Position numbers and translations under genes: made by a program
The notes under the pieces: model-generated
Databases searched by the model: none
What the model was told of the DNA's origin: nothing
What the model saw: only the letters and a program-made list of their open reading frames with translations
In this document: positions 42,182-51,895 of the stretch, one piece after another
Layout of the letters: each line of letters starts with the position of its first letter
Position numbering within the stretch: the first letter of the stretch is position 1
Source of the DNA: an uncultured Gemmatimonadales bacterium
GTDB taxonomy: Bacteria; Gemmatimonadota; Gemmatimonadetes; Gemmatimonadales; GWC2-71-9
Length of the DNA: 64,000 nt
NCBI GenBank assembly: GCA_963771275.1
Contig: CAVYSW010000009.1
Coordinates: forward strand, 192,001-256,000
Direction of reading: 5' to 3'

Positions 42182-45100
42182 ATGAGCCGAAGCCGACTGT
42201 TCGCCCTCCCGTTCGTCCTCTGCCTCGTCGCCGGGCCGGCCGCCGCGCAGGTCGACGCCCGCATGTTCCGCTATCCCGACGTCTCGGCCACCCAGATCGC
42301 GTTCGTCTACGCCGGCGACATCTGGGTCGTCCCCAAGACCGGCGGTGTCGCAAACCGGCTGAGCTCCCCGCGCGGCGAGGAGATGTTCCCGCGCTTCTCA
42401 CCCGACGGGTCCAGGATCGCCTTCAGCGCCAACTACGACGGCAACCTCGACGTCTACGTCGTGCCCACGATGGGCGGCGAGCCCGCCCGGGTTACCTACC
42501 ACCCGATGGGCGACCGTCTGGTGGACTGGCATCCCGACGGCAAGCGCGTGCTGTTCGCGTCGGGCCGCGAGAGCGGCCGCCAGCGCTACAGCCAGTTCTA
42601 CCTCGCGAGCGCGGCGGGCGGGCTGCCCGAGAAGCTGCCGATCCCGTATGGCGAGTTCGGAGCGTTCTCCGACGATGGCCGCCTGTTCGCCTACATGCCC
42701 CTGTCGCAGGACTTCCGCACCTGGAAGCGCTACCGCGGCGGCTGGGCGGGCGACATCTGGCTGTTCGATCTGAAGGACTCGTCGGCGACCAACATCGCGC
42801 AGAACGACGCCGACGACGGCCAGCCGATGTGGCACGGGAACACGCTGTACTTCCTCTCCGACCGGGGCCCCAACCAGCGCCACAACATCTGGGCCTACGA
42901 CCGCACCACCAAGGCGGTGCGCCAGGTCACGCAGTTCAAGGACTTCGACGTCGCGTTCCCAGCCATCGGGCCCAACGACATCGTGTTCCAGGCGGGGAGC
43001 GGTCTGTACCTGCTCGACCTCGCCACGGAGAAGGTCGCGGAGGTCACCGTGCGGGTCGTGACCGACGAGATCACGCTCAAGCCGCGGAGCGAGCAGATCG
43101 GCCAGTTGATCCGCTGGGCGGACGTCTCGCCCACCGGGAAGCGGGCGGTGTTCAACGCGCGGAACGAGATCCTGACGGTCCCGGCCGAAAACGGGCCGAT
43201 CCTGAACCTCACCCGCACCGCCGGCACCGCCGAGCGGTACCCGGCCTGGTCGCCCGACGGCAAGACGGTGGCGTTCTGGAGCGATCGCTCCGGCGAGTAC
43301 GAGCTGTACGTGCGGCCCGCCGACGGATCGGGTGACGAGAAGAAGCTCACGTCGCTCGGGGCCGGGTACCGGTATCCGCCCTCGTGGTCCCCGGACGGCA
43401 AGAAGATCGCCTTCGCCGACCAGCTGGCGGTGTTCCGGATCTATGACCTCGACACGGACAAGGTGACCGAGATCGACCGCAGCAAGGTCTGGCTGTCCCA
43501 CGGCGGGCTCGAGAACCTGGGGTTCGACTGGTCGTCCGACAGTCGCTGGCTGACCTATGCCCGCCCCGACGAGAACCGCGGCGGCGCCGCGATCTTCCTG
43601 TACGACACGAAGGACGGCTCGCTGCATCAGGCGACCAGCGGGTACTTCACCGACATCCAGCCGGCGTTCGACCCCGACGGGAAGTACCTCTTCTACCTCT
43701 CGAACCGGAACTTCGAGCCGGTCTACGGCGACTTCGACAACAGCTGGACGTACCCCAACGCGACGATGATCGTCGCCGTCCCGCTCCGTGCCGACGTGCC
43801 GTCGCCGCTGGCGCCGAAGAACGACGTGGAGGCGGCGGCGGACTCGGCGAAGAAGCCGCCGGAGGGACCGAAGGGGCAGGCCAAGGCCGATTCCGCCAAG
43901 GCGGTGACGATCGACCTTGCCGGCTTCGAGGACCGGGCGGTGATTCTGCCCCCCAAGGGCGGCAACTACGCGAACCTGCGCGCCGTGCAGGGCAAGCTGC
44001 TCTACATCCGCGGCGCCCGCACCGGCTCGGGCGAGACCAAGAGCCCGCTGATGTACTTCGATCTCGCCGAGCGCGAGGAGAAGACGGTGCTGGACGACGC
44101 CGGCCGGTTCGTGGTGACCCACGACGGCAAGAAAGTGCTCGTCACGGCCACCCGTCGCTGGGCGATCGTGGAGGTGAAGCCGGCTCAGAAGTTCGACAAG
44201 CCGCTCCGCACCACCGAGATGGAGACGGTCGTCGACCCGCGGGCCGAGTGGCGCCAGATGTTCGCCGACGCCTATCGGTTCGAGCGCGATTTCTTCTACG
44301 ATCCGAACATGCACGGCGTGGACTGGACGGGACTGCGCGACCGCTACGCCAAGCTGATCGACGACGCGGTCACCCGCTGGGACGTCAACGCCGTGCTCGG
44401 CGACTTCATCGCCGAGCTCAACTCGTCGCACACGTACAACGGCGGCGGGGAGGTGGAGAGCGCGCCGCGCCGCGCGGTCGGCATGCTCGGCGTGGACTGG
44501 GCGCTCGAGAACGGCGCCTACCGCGTCAAGCACATCGCCGCCGGCGGGCCGTGGGACGCGGACGCCCGCTCGCCGCTCAGGGAGCCGGGGGTCGACGTCA
44601 AGGAAGGTGACTACGTCCTGGCCGTGAATGGCGTACCGCTCGACGTTGCGAAGGACCCGTGGGCCGCGTTCCAGGGTCTGGTCAACGCGCCGGTGATGCT
44701 CACTGTGAGCGGCACACCCAGCATGACGGGATCCCGACAGGTGCTGGTCAAGCCGCTCGCCGACGACACCGAGCTCAGGTTCCGCGAGTGGATCGAGGCG
44801 CGCCGCCAGCGCGTCGACCAGGCGACCGGCGGCAAGGTGGGCTACATCTACGTCCAGAGCACCGGCGTGGATGCCCAGAACGAGCTCGTCAAACAGTTCA
44901 TGGCCCAGTGGCGCAAGGACGGGCTGATCATCGACGAGCGGTGGAACAGCGGCGGCCAGATTCCCGACCGGTTCATCGAGCTGCTGAACCGCCCGATGCT
45001 GAGCTACTGGGCGGTGCGCAACGGCCAGGACTGGCAGTGGCCCCCGGTGGCCCATCGCGGTCCCAAGGTCATGCTGATCAACGGCTGGAGCGGATCCGGT

Positions 45101-45436
45101 GGTGACGCCTTCCCGTTCTACTTCCGCCAGGCGAAGGTCGGACCGCTCATCGGCATGCGTACGTGGGGCGGCCTGATCGGCATCAGCGGCGCGCCGGCTC
45201 TGGCGGACGGCGGGTCGATTACCGTGCCGACGTTCCGGATGTACGACGTCACGGGCAAGTGGTTCCCCGAGGGACACGGCGTCGAGCCGGACATCCCGGT
45301 CGTGGACGACCCGGCCCAGCTGGTGCGCGGGACGGATCCCCAGCTCGAGCGGGCAATCCAGGAGGTGCAGCGCCTGATCCGCGAGCACCCGCCGACGCCG
45401 CCCAAGCGACCGGCGTACGAGAAGCGGATACCATAA
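42182..45436 (+). CDS. Tricorn protease homolog (S41 family, PD40 repeats + PDZ)
   Basis: RYPDVS..IAFVYAGDIW, WKRYRGG, ELNSSH, DERWNSGG, SGSGGD, GMRTWGG, EGHGVEPD. Confidence 0.95.
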   Translation: MSRSRLFALPFVLCLVAGPAAAQVDARMFRYPDVSATQIAFVYAGDIWVVPKTGGVANRLSSPRGEEMFPRFSPDGSRIAFSANYDGNLDVYVVPTMGGEPARVTYHPMGDRLVDWHPDGKRVLFASGRESGRQRYSQFYLASAAGGLPEKLPIPYGEFGAFSDDGRLFAYMPLSQDFRTWKRYRGGWAGDIWLFDLKDSSATNIAQNDADDGQPMWHGNTLYFLSDRGPNQRHNIWAYDRTTKAVRQVTQFKDFDVAFPAIGPNDIVFQAGSGLYLLDLATEKVAEVTVRVVTDEITLKPRSEQIGQLIRWADVSPTGKRAVFNARNEILTVPAENGPILNLTRTAGTAERYPAWSPDGKTVAFWSDRSGEYELYVRPADGSGDEKKLTSLGAGYRYPPSWSPDGKKIAFADQLAVFRIYDLDTDKVTEIDRSKVWLSHGGLENLGFDWSSDSRWLTYARPDENRGGAAIFLYDTKDGSLHQATSGYFTDIQPAFDPDGKYLFYLSNRNFEPVYGDFDNSWTYPNATMIVAVPLRADVPSPLAPKNDVEAAADSAKKPPEGPKGQAKADSAKAVTIDLAGFEDRAVILPPKGGNYANLRAVQGKLLYIRGARTGSGETKSPLMYFDLAEREEKTVLDDAGRFVVTHDGKKVLVTATRRWAIVEVKPAQKFDKPLRTTEMETVVDPRAEWRQMFADAYRFERDFFYDPNMHGVDWTGLRDRYAKLIDDAVTRWDVNAVLGDFIAELNSSHTYNGGGEVESAPRRAVGMLGVDWALENGAYRVKHIAAGGPWDADARSPLREPGVDVKEGDYVLAVNGVPLDVAKDPWAAFQGLVNAPVMLTVSGTPSMTGSRQVLVKPLADDTELRFREWIEARRQRVDQATGGKVGYIYVQSTGVDAQNELVKQFMAQWRKDGLIIDERWNSGGQIPDRFIELLNRPMLSYWAVRNGQDWQWPPVAHRGPKVMLINGWSGSGGDAFPFYFRQAKVGPLIGMRTWGGLIGISGAPALADGGSITVPTFRMYDVTGKWFPEGHGVEPDIPVVDDPAQLVRGTDPQLERAIQEVQRLIREHPPTPPKRPAYEKRIP

Positions 45437-45440
45437 GAGA

Positions 45441-45504
45441 ACGTATGGCGTGCAGCGTGCAGCGTACGGCAGTTACGCTGCACGCTGCACGCGATACGCT
45501 GGAC
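45441..45504. repeat. Heptamer-arm palindrome, GCGTGCA family
   Basis: acgtatg gcgtgca gcgtgca gcgtacg gcagt tacgctg cacgctg cacgcga tacgctg; between convergent genes. Confidence 0.85.
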
Positions 45505-45515
45505 GACACCAGCTC

Positions 45516-46628
45516 CTAGGATCTTCCTGCCGGACTCCCCGTATGTCCCGCGACGCCGAACGGCAGCATGCGGAAGAACAGCGCAAACCGGAGTCCGTCC
45601 TCCGCGTTCCATTCCAGCGTGAACCCGGGCCGGAACGCGCGCGGGCCGAGGACGCCCGGGTACACGCTGAGGGTGGCGCGGTCGAGCTTGTCGGGCGTCA
45701 CGCTGAGCGAGGCGAGCAGCGAGTTGTTGCGGTCGAGGAAGATGGCGGCGGCCGGGCCCGTGGTCGCCGTGACCTGACGCGCCTGCGTGCTGTCCTGCGT
45801 TTCGAACAGCTCGGTCGCCGCGATGCCTCCGGCGAGGGTCAGGCGGTCGCGCCAGCTCAGCTTGTAGGACAACCCCACGAGCCCCTGCGTCCCGTACGTC
45901 GCGAAGATGCCGTAGCGCGACCGCCCGGGATGGATCCGGAACACCGTCCGGTATCCCGTGTTCTGCAGCGTGTGCGACACGGGGTCATAGGCGGGCTGGT
46001 TGGGCCAATACGCCAATCCGAGATGGCGGCCGAGAAACCGCGACGCCCGATCCGAGCTGAACAGCACGAGCGCGATCGGGTTGAAGACGTAGCAGTCGGC
46101 GATCGGATCCACGTTGGCGCCGCGGTAGTCGCCGTTCTCCACCGCCTCGTTGAGTATCGCACCCGCCCAGAAACTCAACAGGGCCATCACCTGCGGGTGC
46201 GGCACGCCATAGTAGCGGTACCACTCGAGGTCGTGACGGTACACCAGCCCCTCGCCAAACACGTGCCCGATGTAGTTGGGCACCCACTGCGCATTGTCCC
46301 GCTCGAAACTGGGGAGGACCTCCGACGTGAGGAACCGCCCCCAGCCGTAGTCACCGATCGCGCGGAACGGGTGTACCAGGTTGTCCAGCACGTTGTCGAA
46401 TCCGATGCCGTAGGCCACGGCGAAGGGATCGTCGCCCCGGTTGTCGATCTGAAACGTGTAGTAAGCGCTGTTGAGAAGCGCCGACAGCGGGTTCACCACG
46501 GACTGGGAACCGTAGGCCAGCCCGTAGTAGTAGTAGTTGGCGGGCTCCGTCTGGGCCCGAGCTGGCCCGGACGTCGCCAATGCCAGGATCGCGATTCGCA
46601 TCGCGCGCACCGCACGCCGTGATGACAT
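45516..46628 (-). CDS. Hypothetical exported/outer-membrane protein
   Basis: Signal-like N-terminus (alternative start 46601), WVPNYIGH, NEAVEN, DPIAD motifs; aromatic-rich. Confidence 0.7.
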   Translation of the reverse strand: MSSRRAVRAMRIAILALATSGPARAQTEPANYYYYGLAYGSQSVVNPLSALLNSAYYTFQIDNRGDDPFAVAYGIGFDNVLDNLVHPFRAIGDYGWGRFLTSEVLPSFERDNAQWVPNYIGHVFGEGLVYRHDLEWYRYYGVPHPQVMALLSFWAGAILNEAVENGDYRGANVDPIADCYVFNPIALVLFSSDRASRFLGRHLGLAYWPNQPAYDPVSHTLQNTGYRTVFRIHPGRSRYGIFATYGTQGLVGLSYKLSWRDRLTLAGGIAATELFETQDSTQARQVTATTGPAAAIFLDRNNSLLASLSVTPDKLDRATLSVYPGVLGPRAFRPGFTLEWNAEDGLRFALFFRMLPFGVAGHTGSPAGRS

Positions 46629-46647
46629 GACCCCTCAGTGAGGGGAG

Positions 46648-46743
46648 GAATGTATGCAATGTCCAATGCCCAAGGCGCAATGTCCAATGTCCTAGGCCCG
46701 TCACTTGGATATTGGACATTGGACGTTGAACATTGGACATTGA
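46648..46743. repeat. Heptamer-arm palindrome, CAATGTY family, copy 6
   Basis: caatgtc caatgcc caaggcg caatgtc caatgtc ctag-gcccgtca-cttg gatattg gacattg gacgttg aacattg gacattg. Confidence 0.92.
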
Positions 46744-46746
46744 ATC

Positions 46747-47631
46747 ATGCTCGCGCTCCCCACCCGCCCCCTCGGTCCCGACATCCCCGCCGTGAGCGGC
46801 ATTGGCCTCGGCGGCATGGCCCTGTCGCTTGCCGACCGGCCGCCGGCCTCCCAGGCGATCCGGGTGATCCACGCGGCCCTCGATGCCGGCGTGACCCTGA
46901 TCGATACCGCCGACGTGTACTGCCTCGACGACCGCGACCTGGGCCACAACGAGCGGCTCATCGCCCGGGCGCTCGGCACGTGGAGCGGCGCGCGCGATCG
47001 GGTAATGGTGGCCACCAAGGGCGGCCTCACCCGACCGGCCGGCCGCTGGGAGCCCAACGGACACCCCGACCACCTCAAGGGGGCGTGCGACCGCTCGCTC
47101 AAGTCCCTCGGCGTGGAGCGGATCGACCTGTACCAGCTGCACCGTCCCGATCCCGCCGTCCCGCTCGCGGACAGCGTCGGTGCGCTCGCGGCGCTGCGCG
47201 CGGAGGGCAAGATCCGCTGGATCGGTCTCTCCAACGCAAGCGTCGCGGAGATCGAGGAGGCGCGCCGGATCGCGCCGATCCAGAGCGTGCAGAACCGGCT
47301 GAATCCGTTCTTCCGCGAGGCGCTCGAGACCGGCGTGGTCGCCTACTGCGTCCGGCACGGGATCGGCTTCCTCGCCTACAGCCCGACGGGCGGCGGTCGG
47401 CTCAACAAGACGCTGCCGTTCCATGCCGTCGCCGCCGCCCTCGCCGAGCGCCACGGGGCGACGGCGCACGCCGTGGTGCTCGCCTGGGTGCTGGCGCAGG
47501 GATCGACGGTGATCCCCATCCCGAGCGCCCGCACCGTCGAGCACGCGGTCGACGCGATCCGGTCGCTGGCCCTGGCGCTCACCGATGAAGAGCTGGGGGC
47601 CATCGACCGGGCGGAGTTCTCGCGGGCCTAA
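46747..47631 (+). CDS. Aldo/keto reductase
   Basis: IGLGGM, IDTADVY, ATKGG, IDLYQLHRPD, GKIRWIGLSN. Confidence 0.93.
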   Translation: MLALPTRPLGPDIPAVSGIGLGGMALSLADRPPASQAIRVIHAALDAGVTLIDTADVYCLDDRDLGHNERLIARALGTWSGARDRVMVATKGGLTRPAGRWEPNGHPDHLKGACDRSLKSLGVERIDLYQLHRPDPAVPLADSVGALAALRAEGKIRWIGLSNASVAEIEEARRIAPIQSVQNRLNPFFREALETGVVAYCVRHGIGFLAYSPTGGGRLNKTLPFHAVAAALAERHGATAHAVVLAWVLAQGSTVIPIPSARTVEHAVDAIRSLALALTDEELGAIDRAEFSRA

Positions 47632-47633
47632 AG

Positions 47634-47724
47634 CGAATGTCCAATGTTCAATGTTCAATACCCAATGTCCAGGGACTTGGACATTGAGCATTGGACATTG
47701 AGCATTGGACATTGGATATTGGAC
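47634..47724. repeat. Heptamer-arm palindrome, CAATGTY family, copy 7
   Basis: cgaatgtc caatgtt caatgtt caatacc caatgtc cagg-ga-cttg gacattg agcattg gacattg agcattg gacattg gatattg. Confidence 0.93.
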
Positions 47725-47751
47725 CGTCCGCCGCTCTCAGGAGCCCACGCC

Positions 47752-48369
47752 ATGTCCATCCGCACCGCGCTCATCGTGGTCGACCTACAGCCGGATTTCA
47801 TGCCGGGGGGCGCGCTCCCGGTCGCGGAAGGCCACCGGGTGGTCGCACCGATCCGCGACCTCCTGCTGAGCGGCCGGTTCGACGTGGTCGTCGCCACGCA
47901 GGACTGGCACCCCCGGCACCATGCCTCATTCGCCAGCGCGCACGCCGGGAAGCGCCCGTTCGACGTCGTGACGCTGCACGATCACGAGCAGGTGCTCTGG
48001 CCGGACCACTGCATCCAGGGCACACCGGGCGCCGCGCTCCACGAAGGCATCGCGCTGGAATGGGTCGATGCCATCATCCGGAAGGGCTCCGACCCGACCG
48101 TCGATTCCTACAGCGGGTTCCGCAACAACTGGGACGCCTTGGGTGCGCGTCCCCCCACCGGGCTCGGCGGCTACCTCAAGGAGCGCGGCATCACGCACAT
48201 CCTGACGTGCGGGCTCGCGCGGGACTACTGCGTGAAGTGGACGGCCGAAGACGCCGCGGCGGCGGGATTCCGGACCCGGCTGCTGTGGGAGCTGACCCGC
48301 CCGGTGGACCCGGCATCCGACGGGCGCGTGCGGGAGGAGCTGGGAAGGGCGGGAGTCGAGATCGTGTAG
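47752..48369 (+). CDS. pncA: Nicotinamidase/pyrazinamidase
   Basis: VVDLQPDFMPGGAL, TQDWHP, WPDHC, RKG...DSYSGF, GLARDYCV. Confidence 0.94.
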   Translation: MSIRTALIVVDLQPDFMPGGALPVAEGHRVVAPIRDLLLSGRFDVVVATQDWHPRHHASFASAHAGKRPFDVVTLHDHEQVLWPDHCIQGTPGAALHEGIALEWVDAIIRKGSDPTVDSYSGFRNNWDALGARPPTGLGGYLKERGITHILTCGLARDYCVKWTAEDAAAAGFRTRLLWELTRPVDPASDGRVREELGRAGVEIV

Positions 48370-48442
48370 CGTGTCGCGTGTAGCGTATAGCGTGCCTACT
48401 GCCACCTCTCGCCGCCTTTGCCGCCCCTGCCGCTACTGCCGC
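48363..48442. repeat. Composite repeat: GCGTGYA 7-mer arm abutting a 9-mer (YCTGCCGC-type) arm
   Basis: cgtgta gcgtgtc gcgtgta gcgtata gcgtgcc, then tactgccac ctctcgccgc ctttgccgc ccctgccgc tactgccgc; between convergent stops. Confidence 0.7.
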
Positions 48443-50010
48443 TGCTCCCCATGCAGCAGCTGCCGCACTTCCTCCTGCGCCCCGACGGCCAGGTCGATCC
48501 GCTCGCCGATCTCCTTGGCCCGCGCGATGTGCTGGGTGATGTCGCCGACCGAGCCGACGCCTGCGTGCAGCCGCAACAACCCGACCCGGATGTTCTCCAG
48601 TGCGGCGACGGCCTCCGTGAGACGGGCGCCAGTATCGCCCCCGGCCCGCAGGACCTCGGCACGTTCCTCCAACAGCTGAATCACCCCCCGCACGCCGCGC
48701 AGCTGGGCGCGGGTCATGTCCGGCAGCGCGTCGAACGCTTCGGTGGCCGCACGGCCGAGCGCCAGCTCGGTCGCCTCGCGGCCCGGCAGCGCGGCCCGCT
48801 TCGGCCGCTTGATGCCGACGCCCGCCGCCTTGAAGAAGAGCCGCCCGAGCCGTCCCGCCCACAGCCGGTGCCACAGCCCGGTGACCCACCGCATGAGCCG
48901 ACGCTCGCCGATCGCCCCTGATTCCTCCTCCTGGAGCCGCGCCTCGGCGAGCAGCGCCGCGCGGATGTCGTCGAATACGTAGCCCTCGCGGAGCAGCCGC
49001 CGCGCGGCGCCGATCAACTGGACCACGATGGCGAGGAACACGATGTTCACCTCGCCACCTTGGGTTCCCATACGCACCACCGCGGTGCCGGCCAGAATCA
49101 CCGCCGTCGAGATCTCGGCATTGCGCATGAAACGGCGGAGCAGCGGCGGGGCGCGCAGCTCCTGCCCCCGCAGCTCACCCGCCAGGGTCGCCAGCTCGTC
49201 GCCCGACTGCACCCGACCGCGCGGCTCGCGCGCCAGGCACTTCTCGATCAGCTGACCCAGTTGCTTCGGCACTTCGGGCCGCAGGGAGCAGACCTCCGGC
49301 ACCGGGCGCGTCAGCTGCTCGTTGATGATCGCGGGGAGGGAACGGCCCTCGTACGGCGCGCGCCCGGTGAGCGCGAAGAACGCGGTCGCGCTCAGCGAGT
49401 AGAGGTCGCTCCGCCCGTCCACCGGCTCGCCGCAGGCCTGCTCGGGACTCATGTAGCGCGCGGTGCCGATGATCTCGCCCGACTGCGCCGCGGAGGGCCC
49501 GGTCGTGACCTGCGCGATTCCGAAATCCGTCACCAGCACGCGATCGGTGTCGCGCTCGATCATGATGTTGTCGGGCTTCACGTCGCGGTGGACGATGCCG
49601 CGCTGATGGGCGTAGGCGAGCGCCCACGCGGCTTCCTGCACGACCTTCGTCACGAACTTGGGCGACAGCGGCCCGAGCCGGTCCACGCGCTGGCGCAGCG
49701 TCTCGCCGTCCACATAGCCCATCACGAAGAACACCAGATCGCCGTGCGCCTCGACGAGGTGAATCGGAACGATATTGGGATGGGACAACCCCGCGGCGGT
49801 CCGCGCCTCGCGCAGAAACCGGTCCCGCACCCCGGCGTCCTGCGCCAGCTCGCGGGGCAGCAGCTTGATGGCAACCAGCCGATCCAGCGCCACGTCGTGC
49901 GCGAGCAGCACGATCCCCATGCCGCCACGTCCCAGCTCCCGCTCGATGGAGTAGCGACCGGCGAGGACTTCCTGGAGAGACAGGAACTCGGGGGAGATGG
50001 CGTCCGGCAT
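48433..50010 (-). CDS. Ser/Thr protein kinase with TM segment and helical C-terminus
   Basis: ELGRGGMG, VAIK, HRDVKPDN, DFG, GTARYMSPEQ. Confidence 0.93.
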   Translation of the reverse strand: MPDAISPEFLSLQEVLAGRYSIERELGRGGMGIVLLAHDVALDRLVAIKLLPRELAQDAGVRDRFLREARTAAGLSHPNIVPIHLVEAHGDLVFFVMGYVDGETLRQRVDRLGPLSPKFVTKVVQEAAWALAYAHQRGIVHRDVKPDNIMIERDTDRVLVTDFGIAQVTTGPSAAQSGEIIGTARYMSPEQACGEPVDGRSDLYSLSATAFFALTGRAPYEGRSLPAIINEQLTRPVPEVCSLRPEVPKQLGQLIEKCLAREPRGRVQSGDELATLAGELRGQELRAPPLLRRFMRNAEISTAVILAGTAVVRMGTQGGEVNIVFLAIVVQLIGAARRLLREGYVFDDIRAALLAEARLQEEESGAIGERRLMRWVTGLWHRLWAGRLGRLFFKAAGVGIKRPKRAALPGREATELALGRAATEAFDALPDMTRAQLRGVRGVIQLLEERAEVLRAGGDTGARLTEAVAALENIRVGLLRLHAGVGSVGDITQHIARAKEIGERIDLAVGAQEEVRQLLHGEQRQ

Positions 50011-50012
50011 GG

Positions 50013-50101
50013 TTCAATGTTCAATGTTCAATGTTCAATATCCAAGTGCTTGGACATTGAGCATTGAACATTGAGCATTGAACATTGAGCATTGAACATT
50101 C
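50013..50101. repeat. Heptamer-arm palindrome, CAATGTY family, copy 8
   Basis: (caatgtt)3 caatatc CAAG-tg-CTTG gacattg (agcattg aacattg)2 agcattg aacattc. Confidence 0.95.
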
Positions 50102-51130
50102 TGCTCCGCTACGCCGCACTCTCCATGCTCTCGCGCGGTACTTCCCGTACCGCGCGGCGCTGACGAGGCGGCCGCGACGCGCGAACGCCTCCTGCCCCTG
50201 CCCGACCTTGGCCGGGTCGCCGCCCCACGCCTTGAGGGCCTCGTCCTGGAGCGCGCGCCCATAGGAGTAGGACAGCTCCCAGGGGTGTTTGCCCATGGCG
50301 TTCATCGCGTTGAGGTTGGCGGTGGCCTCCTGCGGCGTCTGCCCACCCGACAGGAACACGATGCCGGGCACCGCCGCCGGCACGGTGCGCAGGAAGCAGC
50401 GCACGGTCGTCTCGGCGATCTGTCCGGGGGTCCACTTGCCGGGGCCCTTCTTGCCGGGGATCACCATGTTCGGCTTGAGCAGGATGCCCTCAAGCGCCAC
50501 ACGATGGGCGTGGAGGTGGAAGAACACGCTCTCGAGCGTGGTCGCCGTCACCTCCCCGCAGCGCTCGCCCGAGTGATCGCCGTCCATCAGCACCTCGGGC
50601 TCGACGATCGGGACGATGCCGACGTCCTGACACAGCGCGGCGTACCGCGCCAGCGCGTGGGCGTTCGCGTCGATGCAGAAGCGCGTCGGGATCCCGCTCC
50701 CGATCGTGATCACCGCCCGCCACTTCGCGAAGCGCGCGCCGAGCTTGCGGTACTCGACCAGCCGCTCGCGCAGCCCGTCCAGGCCCTCGGTGATCTTCTC
50801 GCCGGCGTACCCGGCGAGGTCCTTGGCGCCGGTGTCCACCTTGATCCCCGGCACGACGCCCGCCTTGGTCAGCAGATCGCAGAACCGGACCCCGGCCTGC
50901 GTCTTGTGGCGGATCGTCTCGTCGAACATGATCACGCCGCTGATGTAGTCGCCGACGCTCGCGGTCGTGAACAGCATTTCGCGATAGGCGCGCCGACGCT
51001 CTTCGCTCGACGCGACGTTGATGCTCTTGAAGCGCTTCTCGATCGTCCCGAAGCTCTCGTCCGCGGCGAGGATCCCCTTCCCCTTCGCAACGAGCGCTTC
51101 GGCCACCGCATTGAGCTCCTGCAGATTCAT
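50021..51130 (-). CDS. Fructose-bisphosphate aldolase class I; natural end probably 50109, with an apparent frameshift near 50135
   Basis: GKGILAADES, GIKVD, FAKWRAV, PIVEPEV, LLKPNMV, FLSGGQ, SYGRALQ. Confidence 0.95.
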   Translation of the reverse strand: MNLQELNAVAEALVAKGKGILAADESFGTIEKRFKSINVASSEERRRAYREMLFTTASVGDYISGVIMFDETIRHKTQAGVRFCDLLTKAGVVPGIKVDTGAKDLAGYAGEKITEGLDGLRERLVEYRKLGARFAKWRAVITIGSGIPTRFCIDANAHALARYAALCQDVGIVPIVEPEVLMDGDHSGERCGEVTATTLESVFFHLHAHRVALEGILLKPNMVIPGKKGPGKWTPGQIAETTVRCFLRTVPAAVPGIVFLSGGQTPQEATANLNAMNAMGKHPWELSYSYGRALQDEALKAWGGDPAKVGQGQEAFARRGRLVSAARYGKYRARAWRVRRSGAECSMLNVQCSMFNAQCPSTWILNIEH

Positions 51131-51191
51131 GAGCGTGTACCTCTCAAGAGATCGACCTGAAGACGACCCGATTCCCAATTATGTCGCCGTG

Positions 51192-51206
51192 GCAGCAAGC
51201 GTGCCA
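51192..51206 (-). promoter_or_regulatory. Possible sigma54 promoter upstream of the aldolase gene
   Basis: Minus-strand TGGCACGCTTGCTGC (GG-N10-GC). Confidence 0.4.
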
Positions 51207-51256
51207 CCCCGACCGGCGAGCCGCCGCACGGCTGCGCGCGCTGGTGGGGCACTCCT

Positions 51257-51781
51257 TTAGTGGCGTTCACCGGACTCGTCGTCACCGCGCCCCGCGGCGG
51301 GCGGCGCTTGCTTCCCGACCCCGTCCGGTGTCGGCTGCACGTAGGCGTTGGCGGCGCCGTGCTTGTACACGAGATCGCCACCGAGCTTGCCGGCCCGCAC
51401 GCCGAGGCCGGCCACGACCACCGCGCCGGCGACCGTGAGCAGCCGCGCGCTCTTCCCGACCATTCCCGGCACCAGGCCCAGCAGGGTCAGCCCGAGCACG
51501 ACCGTCGAGGCGATGGCGAACAGGTGGCCCGCGTCCTCGTGCTGCTCGACCAGGCGCTCGGCCACGACCTTCTCCACCTTCTCCGCCTGATCGTCGCCGG
51601 CCTCGTGAGCCACCCACGCGGAGCCCGTGAGAGCGGCGGCGGTCAGGACCGCCCACCCCCAGGTCCTCAGCCGGCCCCCGTCGTGGATCACCCACCAGGC
51701 GCCGAACGCCACGAGCGGCAGGATGAACATCAGGACAAGCGGGAAATGCACCACGGCCGGGTGCAGCGGATCGGGTAGCAT
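51257..51781 (-). CDS. DUF2231-like membrane protein
   Basis: LHPAVVHFP, EQHE, GKLGGDLVYKHG; GGAGG RBS. Confidence 0.8.
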   Translation of the reverse strand: MLPDPLHPAVVHFPLVLMFILPLVAFGAWWVIHDGGRLRTWGWAVLTAAALTGSAWVAHEAGDDQAEKVEKVVAERLVEQHEDAGHLFAIASTVVLGLTLLGLVPGMVGKSARLLTVAGAVVVAGLGVRAGKLGGDLVYKHGAANAYVQPTPDGVGKQAPPAAGRGDDESGERH

Positions 51782-51895
51782 GGCGGTCATCCTCCGGTGG
51801 CGTTTGGGCAGCCGGAAACCTACCCAGCCGGCCCCCACCGCGGGCAGATGGGATCCCGCATTGAACGGCGCCGTACTCGGGTGAAGATTTCGTCC

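Noticed and set aside
42398..45388. 996-aa minus-strand ORF
   Set aside because: Antisense shadow of the tricorn protease gene.
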